Assembly (NCBI GenBank): GCA_013265495.1 | Contig: MU058384.1 | Coordinates: 4,139,239-4,203,238 of the forward strand | Length of the DNA stretch: 64,000 bases | Reading direction: 5' to 3' | Source of the DNA: Vicugna vicugna | Lineage: Eukaryota | In this document: in pieces, positions 35,697 through 48,379 of the stretch | Position numbering within the stretch: the stretch's first letter is position 1 | How the letters are laid out: every line of letters starts with the position of its first letter | Translations under genes and position numbers: made by a program | The notes under the pieces: generated by a model | Told to the model about the DNA's origin: nothing | Databases searched by the model: none | The model's input: only the letters and a program-made list of their open reading frames with translations

Positions 35697-37626
35697 CTGA
35701 GAGATGATAGGGCAAGAAGAGATGGTCAGAGGATGATCCTTGAGCAGCAAATGCACCCCAAGCCCCAGGGGCCGTCAGACCCACCAGTCGGCCTCCGGCT
35801 ACCGATCAGTGTTTACAGAGGCCTCCCTGACGTGCCTCTTCAGGAAACAGCACTTCTTCACCCCCGCACAAAACCTCCATTCAGAACTCCCACTTTATAG
35901 CAGTTAGAAGAGCCACCGTCCAAGGACACGGAGCTTCCTGGAGGAGACTCGGGGTGGGCAGGCCAAGGAAAGCCACGGCCTGGCTCGGGCTGTTGCCCCA
36001 CCCCTCGTGGGCAGGGAGGCCGCGGGGGCCCCAGCCAGGCTCGAGTGAGATCATTGGGACCTCACCCACAGCGGCCACGTGTGTGTTTGCATTTATATGC
36101 TGTGTCTGTGTGTGAGAGCAAGCTCAGACTGCCAGCCAGGGAGCTAAGTCATATCAAACCTCGGAGCGTTCGGTTTGCAGAGATCAGTCCGGGCCTCCTT
36201 GGCTGGCCTCCCGCTGGTCTGCATCTGGGACGCCAGCTTGGTCAGTGCTGCTGACCCTAGGAGGGTTCCTCTGAATTTCAGAGAAGCGGATTCTTACCCT
36301 TAACCACCAGCTGCCGGGACACCACTGCCCAGATGGGCTCCTGATGGTGTGCCCTCCCCACAAGCAAGGTCTGCTGGTTTTGACCTAGTTCTCTGGGCTC
36401 ACAGAGCTGCTAGCAGCGCTGGGGGCTGGGAGAGCCTGGGTCGTAGTAAGCTGCAAGCTTGCTTGGTTCTTTATTTCCCAGTTAATGGGGGTACCAGCAC
36501 CTGTTAAGAGTAGGTAAGGGACAGAAGTACCCTCCAGGTTCTGCCCTTTAGGGATTCATTTGTGTTAGCAAGCTTTCTTTTTGAAATGCAATTGTTCAGG
36601 CCAAATCTCTCAGCTACGCACAACTTGGCTCGGGTCTAAAATCAGACGTCTGGGGCACTCAGGGACTAGCAGACTAGTTTGGGAAGAAAGCAGGAGGGAG
36701 ATACAGTTTTACAGCTGGGAGGAGAGTACTTCCTGAAAAGGATGGAGCACGGTGGACAGCTTAGAAGGCAGCATGCAGACATGGGAGGAAAAAGACTACA
36801 CAGTTTAGTCTCCCACGTGCAGCTCCTGCTCCCTGGTTAGGGTTGGTCTAGCCAGCTGCATCCAGGATCCACCCATTCAGGCTTTTGTGCCAAAAGGAAA
36901 GAAGGAAGATGAATGAAAATGGAAGATCAAGAAAAAGCCTCTGGTTTGGATCCAAGGTCAGACTTCTGCTTCCCAGGTCCCCTCCTCCCCTTGTTCTCCC
37001 GTCACAAACGCCTTCTTGCCACGGAATAAAACAGAAAAGCTGGGCTTAATGTGACTCAATTCATTGAATTAAACTTAAAATCATTTATTTACTGGTGCTT
37101 AAAATGTTAAGACTAGGTACACATGTTTGAGCCTCAGATGAAAATACGAGTTTAGATGGGAAAGGGAAGTAAAGCAGAGTTTAAATTTAGCAGGCTTTAG
37201 GTAAAGGAAGGAGACTTGTTTCTCAGTTTTTGTTGGTGCTATAGTTAACATAATACACTTTTGTATTAAAGAAACAGTGTTCTAAAATTGCAGAGGTCTG
37301 ACAGTGGTCAACTTTACATCAAGCCACAAAATGTAGTAGATTCTTCCTGCATGCAACTGCCCAGAGGAACTACTTTGTGGCGAAGCAGTTACCAAACAAG
37401 GAAAAATGAGATATTATCAACTTACTGACGTGAAACCCAGATATTTATTACTTGCTTGGAAATCACTTAAAAATTTCATGTGTCTCAAAGTTTTTCATAA
37501 AGTAGGTCACTGCTCTAGCTTGTACCATGGGAGATACTCCTTCTCAAATACACTAAAATGATTGATCGTGTCCTTAAGCGTTGTACTCAGTGAGGAGAAT
37601 GACTTCTTTTTGTGGCGGTTGTTTAC

Positions 37627-37771
37627 CTGAAGCATAAAGTGCCTGTCGTGTACATCCTCCAGTCTTAAGTCTTTATTGTGGAGGTGAGCTTTCAATCTGG
37701 TCAAAAATTCATTCTGCCTGTTGATGTCTGTAGCCAAGATCAAGGAGCCCAGCTGCTGTTCAATATCCTGT
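37627..37771 (-). CDS. PDE7B: PDE7B coding exon 10 (145 bp), QDIEQQLGSLILATDINRQNEFLTRLKAHLHNKDLRLEDVHDRHFMLQ
   Basis: ILATD motif; lies inside supplied ORF 37507-37809; cAG acceptor, GTAAAC donor. Confidence 0.97.
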
Positions 37772-38173
37772 CTGCATCCACAAGAATGAAAGAGAAAACA
37801 CACACACAAAGCAAATCCCTTTGAGGAGGGTGATTGATTCTGTCATCATCAGGTGGCTTGTAATCTCGTGTCTGCCTTTGATTCTGTTTATTACAGAGTC
37901 CCAGTCCCTCGCAGCCCAGGAGTGATTCTCTCACCCACCATCACTTCTGACCCTGGACAGGAGGCATGCCAAGGACTGTACAGAGAGACTGAAACCTTGG
38001 ATGAACAAAGTTGTGGTAGGTTTTACACTCCCAGGTTCCTGAAAGACTGAAGGCCAAATATATGCTTTAAGGAGGACACAAAAAGACTCACAGAATCACA
38101 GGCGTTTGGGTTGTGCTTTTAATAGAGTTAAACCAACTCAAACCTTAAGATTTGCATGGGGGAAGAAAAGAGC

Positions 38174-38188
38174 ATAATAATAATAATA

Positions 38189-38238
<50 letters not shown>
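38174..38238. repeat. (AAT)n microsatellite, about 21 units with one interruption
   Basis: Read directly from the sequence. Confidence 0.95.
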
Positions 38239-38241
<3 letters not shown>

Positions 38242-38499
38242 GTAATGATAATAACAGTGCCTGATACTACGGAATGGAAAGCTCCAGTAAGGGAACAAAA
38301 CAAATAGGCTGGAAAGAGGTACTGGAACTTAAAAGAGAATCAGTTGATGAGGGCACCATTAAGGAGCAGTAATCAAGCTGTATATTGGTCAACAAATGGT
38401 ATAAGGGAAATGGGATATTTTGGAAAAATAAAGCAAATTTGAGCTTTTCCTCACATATAGAAAGTAATCAATGGAAAGAAAACCCATAACTATTTTAAA

Positions 38500-39700
38500 A
38501 TTCACCTTTAAAAGTGAAGTATATTTAAGCAGAGTGCATAGAGCATACATATTCAGCTTAATGAGTAAATGTGAAATAAATATCTTACAATCACCCCCCA
38601 GGTCAAGAACATTGCCCGCCAGTACCCCACAAAGTCCCCAACATGCCTCTCATCCCACCCCTCTTTCCCAACCCCTGAAGTAACCATTTTCTTGATCTTT
38701 GTTTTAGTAATTTCTTTGCTACTTAATAATTTGACCACTTACGTGTGCACATCTAAGTAATACGGTTTGATTTTAACTGCTTTTGTTCTTTAAGTTACAT
38801 GGTGAGTATCGGCTGGTGATTTGCTTACTTAACTTTATATTTTTGAAAGGCATCCATGTTGATGTGTGAGCTGCAATTCATCCATTTTCATTATTATATC
38901 GCTTCCCATGTTAGGAATATATTTCAATGTATTTATCCATTCTACTTTTGATGGTCACTTGAGTTGTTTCTGGGTTTTGACTCCTTTGAAAAAATGCCAC
39001 AGTAAACACCCTTGTATACCTCCAGGTATACATGTGCAAAGGTTTCTCCAAGGACTATATCCAGGAATACAGTTATCGGATCACAGAGTGTGTCCATCTT
39101 CAATTTCCTAAATACTGCCGATTATTTCCAAAATGATTGTACACATTTACACTCGAGGCAGTGATAGATGAGATTCTCATTGCTTTACATTCTTACCCTT
39201 TACACTTTTTGCCACTCTGAGGGGTATGCAACCGATTGTGGTTTTAATATGAATTTCCTTGTGGTTATTATATGAATTTAATATGAATTTTTAATATGAA
39301 CTTTAATGTGAATTAATGAGATTGGACATACTTTCATATGTTTATTGGCCATTTGTATTTCTTCTTCTGTGAAGTTTCTATTCTAGTCTTTACCTATTAT
39401 TCTATTGGATTGTCTCTCTTTTGCTTATTGATTCTATCAGTTCTTAATATATTTAAATTATGGTCCTTTGTCTCTTATGTATTGCAAATATCTTCTCTCA
39501 TTCTGTGGCTGGTCTTTCTGTTTTCTTTATGATGTCTTTTGATGAAAGGATGATAATTTTTAATATAACTTAATTTATACATCTTTTTATTTATGGTTAA
39601 TATTTTTCTTCTATTTAAGAAATCTTTCTTACCTCTGATGAAAATATTCCCCTACATTATATTCTAAAAGGTTTATAGCTTCACCATTCACATTTTTGTT
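38500..39700 (-). mobile_element. Old L1 (L1ME-like) fragment
   Basis: catccatgttg..., atggtcacttgagttgtttc, ttcatatgtttattggccatttgtatttcttcttctgtgaag are characteristic reverse-strand L1 ORF2/3' UTR. Confidence 0.85.
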
Positions 39701-39749
39701 TTTAAATCATATATATACATCTTTAATCAACTTATGAACATTAGAAATA

Positions 39750-41500
39750 GTCTTAGAAAGTAGACAATGTGGTACAAAAGAAATTTAAAATGCCCCCACA
39801 GTATGAAACAATATTAAATATTCTTAGAATAACAAAAAAATCCCAAATTAAAACAGCTATGTGATACTATCTCCCACATTTTTATCAGCAAATATTAAAA
39901 GTAACTGCTAAATAATTTGCTGAATTAATGATTGTGATACTTAATGCTGTTGATGATATGGGGAAATCATCCATCTTATTCTGTTAGTGAGAGTGTAAAC
40001 TGGTACATGTTCCTGGAGGGTATTTTAGGAATTAGTGTTAAAAGCAATGAATATAAATAATTTGACCAACAGTTCACCTACAAATTTACTATGAATATGT
40101 TAGTAAAAATATAATTAGTAAAGATATATGTTATAAGAATGTTTATCCTATTGTTGTTTATAATAATAAAACATTCTTGGGGAAAAAATGACAGGAGTTT
40201 ATAAATAGGAGACTGGTTAAGTAAATCATGTTACAAGCATATTAAGTCATTATTATATATGATGATGTATGGTTTATTTACTGACATGGAAAAATGCCAT
40301 GTTTTATTGTTATGTTAAAAGACAGGATACAAAGCATGTAAGACAAGACCTCTATGATCACAGAAAAGAATTTGGAAAGATATATCATGGGATTATGAAT
40401 GATTGCCACTTAAAAAAGCTCTAAATATTGTATGAATTCTTTAAAAACATGAATATTTATTACATTTATAACCAGAAAATATAACTGTTTTAGTTAGGTA
40501 AAATGTTTCATAAGTCAAATTAAAAGGAAAACTAAAAACTTCACATGATATTTATAATATATAACACATGTTACTGTAGTTAAAATACAGCAAGTAAAAT
40601 AGGAAAACTTCTTACAAATTAATAATAAAACTGACAGAAAAATAAAAAAAGACCAAACACAAAAATGTGTTTCCTAAAGAAATAATAGTGGCCAGTAAAT
40701 ACATGAAAAAACTTCAATCTCATTTGTAATCAATGAAACCCTCTCTCTATCTCTGTCTCTAACTTCTTCCTCTGTCTCCCTCTCTTTCTCTCTCCATGTC
40801 AAATTTGTAAATATTTAAAGAAGATAATAGAGGTAAAACTCAATTTTGATGATGGTACATTGGTAGATCTTCTATAACCTACCAGTGGGAATACAGGTAG
40901 ATACAGCTTTTTGGAAAAGTAATTTGATAATATACAACAAGAACCTTAAAAATTCACACCTTTCTTTCTGATAAATAACTTCTATCCACAAATGTTTTCC
41001 AAGAAAATAGCATACTGGAGTTTGGGATAAAAATGTATGTTTAAGAATGCTTGTGAAGCATTATTTATAATGATACAAATTTGAAAATCAACAATAGGCA
41101 ATATTTAATACAATTTGATACAATAATGCCTTGTAGCAATGGAAGTAATTTTATTTCAGTAGCAGGTTTAATGATATGGAAAAAGACCTTTATAGTAAGT
41201 GAAAAGTATCAGGACATTCACCATACAAAACAAGCTCCCTATTTTGTTGAAATATAATTATACTGAAAAAAGACTAAAACGACATACACTATTCGGGTTA
41301 ACGTTTACTATCCCTTTATGGCGGGATGATCAGTGATTTCATTTTCCTTCTTCATTAGGTTGAATCACATGAAACTTGCTATTCTACTGTTTTGGACCTT
41401 TGAAAATGGCAACTTCATACTAATACTTTTCTGAATTTCCCTTAGTTTATACAGTTAACCTGTCTTACTTTCAAAAGCAGAAAAATGACTTGAAAGCATT
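39750..41500 (+). mobile_element. Cluster of old, fragmented L1 (L1ME-like) remnants
   Basis: gagagtgtaaactggtaca, gtggccagtaaatacatgaaaa, gcattatttataat; very AT-rich; boundaries approximate. Confidence 0.6.
41354..41425. mobile_element. MADE2-like mariner MITE with a partly deleted right TIR
   Basis: attaggttgaatcacatgaaa...aaaatggcaacttcata(c)taata matches the recalled MADE2 consensus. Confidence 0.7.
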
Positions 41501-42870
41501 TACATGAGGATAGAATAATCATGATGATGATGATGATGATAACTTTAATTATAAAGTCTTTTCACGTGTATTACTGCATAACAGCGAGTCTTCTAGCAGA
41601 AGCAATTAACAACACTGCGTCCCACAAAGACACGTGAAAAATATGGTAGTTTTATTTGGAGTCTACAGGGATGAGTAGAAGGATTTTAGGACATGAATAC
41701 GGATGGAGCAACAAGCAGGATGAAGGCGGGCATTTCCGGGACAAGTTCAATCCCAGGTTCTTCTCTCCTTTTTTCCTGTCACTTTGCTCTTCCCTGTCCT
41801 CCCTCTCCTCTGTCCCTTGCTACTCACCCCCTCTCTTCCTTTTTACTTGATTTGTGGCTCTAGTTTTTTTAGGTTTTTTTGCATCTAATCCTTTTGATCT
41901 TTGCAATTTATTGTTCTAGTAAAAGGCAGTTTTTATTCCGTGTGTGAGGATTGGTTTCACTTAGTGCCAGGGGGTAAAATGTTATCAGAACTGAAGTTCC
42001 TCCCACAAATTCCACATTCCTCTGGGTGCTAGGGAACGGCAGGGGGTAGGATCAGAGGGTCCATAGTACACCCAGGAGCCCAGAGTGCACTGCCTGTTCT
42101 ATGGTGAGAAACCACGTGACCCTTGACCTTACGTTACAGGGATCGATTTACTTTTCCCCTCCTAGCAACTCCAGGTTCTGCACATTTCAATTAAACATAG
42201 GAATTAGTGGTGACTTTGGAAGACAGTACAGCAGCTAAAGTGAGGCCAGGTGGAAATGAGGCCATGGTTTTGGATTTATTAGGACTCAGCCTGAATACCC
42301 AGGATAACAAACAGCAGACCAGGAAACTAGTATTTCCCCTTCTGGTTAAAATGCAAAAGACATAGGTAAATTCATGGTGAAAAAAACTGCTGGGGCCAAT
42401 CCAGTTACTTAACAAAAGACATTTTAGAAAGAATTTCTGACTTCTCCTTTGGCTAAGAGTAGCCATTACAAAACACTCTTGATTGAACTAGGCTTCAGTC
42501 TAGTTTGAGAACTCCTGTGTTCCTTCTTGATAAATATTTATTATTTGGATCTGCACAGGAGGACAATTCTGCTAACATAAAAGACAGGAATTTGGCAAAG
42601 CAGAGTGTCAATACTGAAGAGTGTGAAAGCTGAGAGCTGTTTATTATCGCTTTTCCTGACGTTAGGTCATACACTCTCCAGGCCCTTTCAGAGCTCACAG
42701 AGGGATTCTGGTTTCTGGGTTGCTGTAACTGACACCGCATCTTCTCTGATAGACAAGGGAGGGAGTGCGGGCCGGAAGCACAGCCGGCTGGCTCCCCGCC
42801 ATTACCTCGGGGGGTCTTGGCTTATCTCTAATGTGTGGGCATCGGTATGTTTCATCTCCATGCCACTTAC

Positions 42871-42962
42871 GTCATTTCCTTCGGCAAGTGAGCCAGAAGC
42901 CTTGATTCTCGAAGCATGCCGATTGTAGATCGCCAATGGTGATTCTCCAGCACAGACATATT
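42871..42962 (-). CDS. PDE7B: PDE7B coding exon 9 (92 bp), [30 protein letters not shown](T)
   Basis: Conserved SVLENHH PDE motif; polypyrimidine-AG acceptor, GTAAGT donor. Confidence 0.98.
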
Positions 42963-43724
42963 CTAGAAAGAAAGAAAATCAAAGCTATAAACAGGGGAGA
43001 AGCCAGATACTGATCTCTCTTGCTGAACATAGCTCCACGGAGACCAATATTTTGCCTCCAGCCAGTTCGTACCTGATGACACAGAGGCAGCCCAGAAAAG
43101 AAACACAAAATAAAACAACCGCAGGCCTATTCTCAAGGCTATAATAAGAGTGGGGGAGTGGCGAGGCCCTGCTGACCATCCACCTGAGGCTGAATGAGGG
43201 TCTATTTCCAGCATCCTGCAGTCCTGCCTCTGCCCCTGTTCTTGAAAGCTTCTTCAGGTAACACCGTGTAGAAGGAAAAAAAAAAAAAAGAGGCAGTAAT
43301 AATAGGTAGTAATGGGTACCATAGGGCTGTGTGGATACCATAATCCAAAATTATACTGCGCAACCGGCCAGAGGCAGGCTTCACAACCTCTGGCGTGCTC
43401 TACCTCCCTGACCATTGTTCCTCCACACTCGTAAGAACCTACTGTGTCTGAACCACCTGGGAAGCTAGTGACGTATTCAGACTTCTGCATCCCAGTCAAT
43501 ACAGTTTTATTTCAGTAGATTTGTGGTAATTATTATGTACACCAAGGTTTAAGAACCACTGTCAATAATCTCCATGACCAGCGTACTGGCACTTAGTCCA
43601 TTAGGTCTGACTTTGAATCTACAATTGCTTCCTTGTTCAATTATCTTGATATTACTTCCATTGTGGGAACCTCTACTATATGGTATTGTACATCAACTCT
43701 ACTTCAAGAAAAAAGTGAGGGGCA

Positions 43725-43998
43725 ATTGTGTGATTCTGCTTCTATGAGGTACCTGGAGTAGTCAAATTCATGGAGATAGAAAGAATGGCAGTTGCCAGGG
43801 GTGCTGAGGGAATAAGGAGTTATTATTTAGCGGGCACAGGGTTTCAGTTTTGCAGGATGAAAAGAATTCTGCAGACAGATAGTGGGGATACTAGCATTAA
43901 CAATACAAATGTACTTAATACCACTGAATTGTACACTTAAAGATGGTTAAGATGGTAAATTTTATATTCTGTGTATTTAAGCACAATTTAAAAAAAAA
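43725..43998 (+). mobile_element. L1MB-like 3' end
   Basis: tatgaggtacctggagtagtcaaattcat...ccactgaattgtacacttaaagatggttaagatggtaaattttat...cacaattt plus poly-A. Confidence 0.92.
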
Positions 43999-44036
43999 GG
44001 GAGGGGGAAGAAGCACGGAAAATAATACAGAGACTA

Positions 44037-44216
44037 GGGTAGGGTAGGTACAGCTCAGTGGTAGAGCACATGCCTTGTACGCATGAGGTCCTAGGTTCAA
44101 TCCCCAGTACCTCCACATCCACACAAAGAAATCGTTTTTGGAGAAAAATATCATCTTTGGCCTCAGACTATTTATGTATATAAGTATATATATATATATA
44201 TATATATATTTTATAT
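44037..44216 (+). mobile_element. Camelid tRNA-derived SINE (vic-1-like) with an atypical tail
   Basis: cagctcagtggtagagcacatg...gaggtcctaggttcaatccccagtacctcca, then unique sequence and (TA)n. Confidence 0.88.
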
Positions 44217-45229
44217 AAAATAATATGGAAAGACTAAGTGGAGCCAAGACTGAGACTGAAAACTATTCCATTGTTAGGCCCCCTCCTCCTCACCACTCCA
44301 TCTGTGCCGTCCGTATAATGCTCAACTCTTCAGCAAATGAGTATATCCATGAGTGCCACAATCCAGGGTCCATCAGGAAAAAACAGGTTCAAGAAAACTG
44401 CAAGTATTCTTGATTCTAAAACCAGATAATGATTTCTCTCTGGAACTTTGTACAATGAGCTTCACGAGGTGGAGTCCGATTCTGATCCTCTGTCTAGGCT
44501 ATTCTATTGCTATTCATTTCCCTCCTTGCCAAGGAGTCATTATTCCTTATTCACCACTTGACCAGGTTTGAACCTGTGATTTTGTTACTTTTATCAACTG
44601 GTCTATTATCTCCTCTTGGGCCTAAGCCATACAAAACAAAAGACAATGTTGTTGAGAAATAACATGTTAGACTAATTTGTTTTGGTTGTAAAGATTTATG
44701 AGAGCAGAGAGTGATAGGTTAGTGTGATGGAACAGATGTTCTACCCCTGCAGTGACATTTAATTCAGTCACTCATGAGCCTTCACTTGCAAGACTAATTC
44801 CAGCAGAGGTGACACGCGTGCCCTCCTGTGAGGTTTTCAAGGGGCTGGAAGGCTGTAACAAGACCTGATGATAAATGACACCGTATCCCTGTTGAGTGGA
44901 ACAAAAGTGTCTGGAGAATTGCCTTAAGCATTGCTATTTATGCCAGCCTGACTTAACATCTTCATTAATAATCTTCCTGAAGACGGAACAGAAGGATACT
45001 TGGGAAACTGGCTGGTGAAACCGTATTTGGAGATGAGCACCAGGAAAATGGGAGGAAATGGAGTGGGCCTGGACGCTGGCACGGAATAAAAGAAAACAGT
45101 ACACACATTACAAACACAACCTTTTGTGGAGCTGTCATTATAAATAAAAGTATGTTTTGGTCAGAACTGTGTTGGAAGTAGGGGTCGTCCAGTGGATTCC
45201 AGAGAAGAAAAAAAGGGAAGGATGGGGTG

Positions 45230-45450
45230 GAGGATTAACATTTATGAAGCAACTACTGTGTGCCAGGCAATTTACATGAGCTCATTGAGTTCTCACATAA
45301 CCATCTACTGTTTTACTCATTAACTCAAAGATAATAAAATCCCGGGTTTCTCTGAGAGGCCACACAGCTAGTCAGTAGCCGAGAAAGGCCTTAAACCCAG
45401 GTCTGCCAGGTGTTAAGATCTAAGTTTTGCACACCCACCTTGCTGCCTCC
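45230..45450 (-). mobile_element. MIR SINE
   Basis: actactgtgtgccaggca...ggccacacagctagtcagtagc...aaacccaggtctg. Confidence 0.75.
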
Positions 45451-46729
45451 CAAGAATTGCCTCTGTTCAGCCACATCCAAGCATTCAGAAGCCTGCAATT
45501 TATAAACTGATGAATGCCTACACTTATACTTAATTTTACCCCACAGCATTATATAGCTGCACTTTAAAAGTCTATGGTTGATTGTTTTAAGTAGACGTTA
45601 GCTTCTAAATCCACACTGGAATCTTTGCACTTACCTCCAAATTTGGTGTCACTTCGAAAAGTCCTGTAGTTTGAGTATATTATGATTTGAGTAGAATTGG
45701 ATTGTGTTGGAGGAGAACTCATCTTTTGGTCACTCTCAGCCCTCACATCCAAACAGTCTCTGACTCCTGTCGGTTCTTCCATCATGGTGTCACTGTTACC
45801 CAGGACTTTCTTTCACTGAAGTGGCCCTAGTTTAGTGCTTTATTATCTTTAATTCTCCTTCCTTCTATCTATCCTCCCTACAGCCTTCAGAACATGACTT
45901 GTTTATTTGACAAAATTTTCTACCATCTCCTGAGTCATTGGTTGAAATATACACTCAGTTTTTGAGCACCTACGAATGTGCCAGGTGCTATGGTGGGCAC
46001 TGGGGTCCACAGATGAATAAGACAAAATAGCTGCCCTCAAGGAGCTCACCCGACTTCACCTAACTAGTACGATTGCAATACCTTTTCTCATGCTCTGCTC
46101 CAATGATTTCCTGTCAGCTAAATTAAGCCTAACTCCTTAGCTCGGCATTCAATGCTCTCTGAAAATTGTCCCAACTACCATTCTGTTCCTATAGGTTTGA
46201 GATAATTGAATACCTTTACCTCTCTTTTCCTACAAAGATCTTCTAGTCCAAATAAATGACATATTAATAAGACTATAATGTATTATTGACATAATTATTA
46301 AATTAATAACATGAAAATGTCCTTTCCTTTTGCCACTTTCATGCCTCCCAAGGTGGCTTATTATCTTCAAGCTCTTCCTTCTCTATGTTTACTTATCAAA
46401 CTAAAACCTGTCTTCCAAAGTCCACGTCAAGCACTCCATCCTCGAAGCCAAATGGAATCATTCAGTCAGAGGTGAACTTGCTTTCTCCGGGTCCTACTGC
46501 TCTTTCATTCGGCATTTCTCAAGTCCTGAGGCCAGTTGGACTCTGTCCTGTTGATGTGTGTGACAGCTGTGTGTGTGTACTTGTGTGTGCCTTTTCTTCT
46601 TACTAGATTATAAACTACATGTGAATAGGAAGCCTGCCTCGTTCCTTCTGTATCCACTCAACTCTATGCCTTGCACAGAGAAAGTGCTCTCTATTAATTT
46701 GCTAAATAAGTAACTGAACACATTACTTG

Positions 46730-47545
46730 ATTCCATTCAGCAAATATATTGAGCACTTACTATGTTCCAGGCACTGTAATATGTGCTTGGAATACATCAG
46801 TGAACAGAAGAGACAGAGAACTAGAGGTGTCAGGGATGGAGAGAGAGATAATAAACAATAAACATGATAAATACTTTGGGAAAAAAGTATAGCATCTGGA
46901 AGATAGCAAATGCATGGAAAGAAGGGAAAAAGGAGCAGAATCGTGGGAATTTGAGTCTGTGGTGAGGATGGTGGGGGAGGTAAGGCAGCAGGGTAAGGGG
47001 TGAGGCTAGAGCAAAGACTTGAAGGTAGGAGGGTGCTAGCCATGCTGATAAGGGAAGATTGTTCTACAGAAAATAGCTGAAGTAAAGGCCCCAAAGTGGG
47101 AGCAAATAGCCTAGAGGTCAACATGCAGTGAGGGAGGGGAAGCATTAGGACCAGGGGCTAGAGAGGCAATGAGAGACCAGATCATGTGTGGCCTTCTGGC
47201 CATTGTAAGAATTCTGAGTTTTACTCTATGAGAAATAAGTATTCACTGCAGGAGTTTGGAAGGAATAAATTATATGACTTACATTTGAATAAGCTCACTT
47301 TGGTTGCTATGTTGAATAGACTTTGTTAGGGGATAAGGAGAGAAGTAGGTGTAGAAGGCTGTGTAGGGGAGAGAGCAGCTGTCCAGGCAAAAGATGACAG
47401 AGGCTTGGACAAGGAAGGTGGAGGTGGTAGGAGATGGTGAGATGGTTGATTTCTGGATCTGCAAGGAAGACACCAGTGTTTCTGGCCTGAGCAACTGGAA
47501 GGATGGCATGCCCATTACCTGTGATGGGAAGGATGTAGGTGGAGC
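46730..47545 (-). mobile_element. L2 LINE fragment
   Basis: cattcagcaaatatattgagcacttactatgttccaggcactg...tttctggcctgagcaactggaaggatgg. Confidence 0.85.
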
Positions 47546-47559
47546 AGGTACAGAGGAGT

Positions 47560-47958
47560 CTCATGGTTGTCCAGAGTAAAAGTGACATTTTCCAACCTCC
47601 TTTACAACTAGGTGGAATCATTTGGCTAAATTCTGACCCACTAAATGTAAGCAAAAATGTTGTGTGGGATTTTCAGGGAAGTTGTTTAAAGGGAATTCTT
47701 TCATCTGGGAGAGGCTTATTTTGCTTTATCCCTTCCTCCCTTCTCACTGTCTGGAATGCAGCAGGAATGGCTAGAGCTCCAGCAGCTATCTTGGGCAATG
47801 AGGACAAGTGTCACATCCTAGTGACAGTAGATTGCAGAACTTAAAGGATCTCTTCATTCTGAATTTTGTGAAGCTGCCATGCCTGCCCTGGACTGCCAGC
47901 TTCCAAAATTCTTTCATGAAGGATAGAAATAAACTTCTACCCTTGTTTAAGTCATTAA
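47560..47958 (+). mobile_element. ERVL-type LTR (LTR33-like)
   Basis: ctggaatgcag...agctccagcagctatcttgg...gccctggactgcc...gaaataaacttctac..ttgtttaagtca. Confidence 0.7.
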
Positions 47959-48379
47959 CACACCAAGTTATTTAAAGTCACTTTAGTAATAAAATCATCC
48001 CAAAAAAGCTGATAAAAAGGACTTTTCAATGTCTTGATCTAGCATAATGCTTGGGTTTTGCATAAGAATTACAATAAAGAATTATATAACTCTAAAAAGA
48101 GTGAGGAGCAATCACCTTAGTAAAGTTAGAAACACATACGGGTACACACACATGCATGTGTATGCATACACACACACACACACTTTTTATTTCTGAGATG
48201 AACCATTGCCATTGCCTATGAAGGACTTTCTTGGTTCTACAAACAGAACTGACAGCTCCCTCTTCTAGTTCTGCACCTCCAACCCAAACTTCTCTCCTAG
48301 TGTCTAAAACGCCTCATAACAGCTTTGCACATTGACCTTGCTCCCATATATCAGTAATTTTTCACATGTTTTTGTTCAT

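Noticed and set aside
37672..37677. AATAAA inside coding exon 10
   Set aside because: Explained by Asn-Lys codons; the nearby 5' splice site would be expected to suppress its use
44145..44160. 16-mer aaaatatcatctttgg matching my recollection of the CFTR F508 region
   Set aside because: Similarity does not extend either side; a chance match of this length is unremarkable
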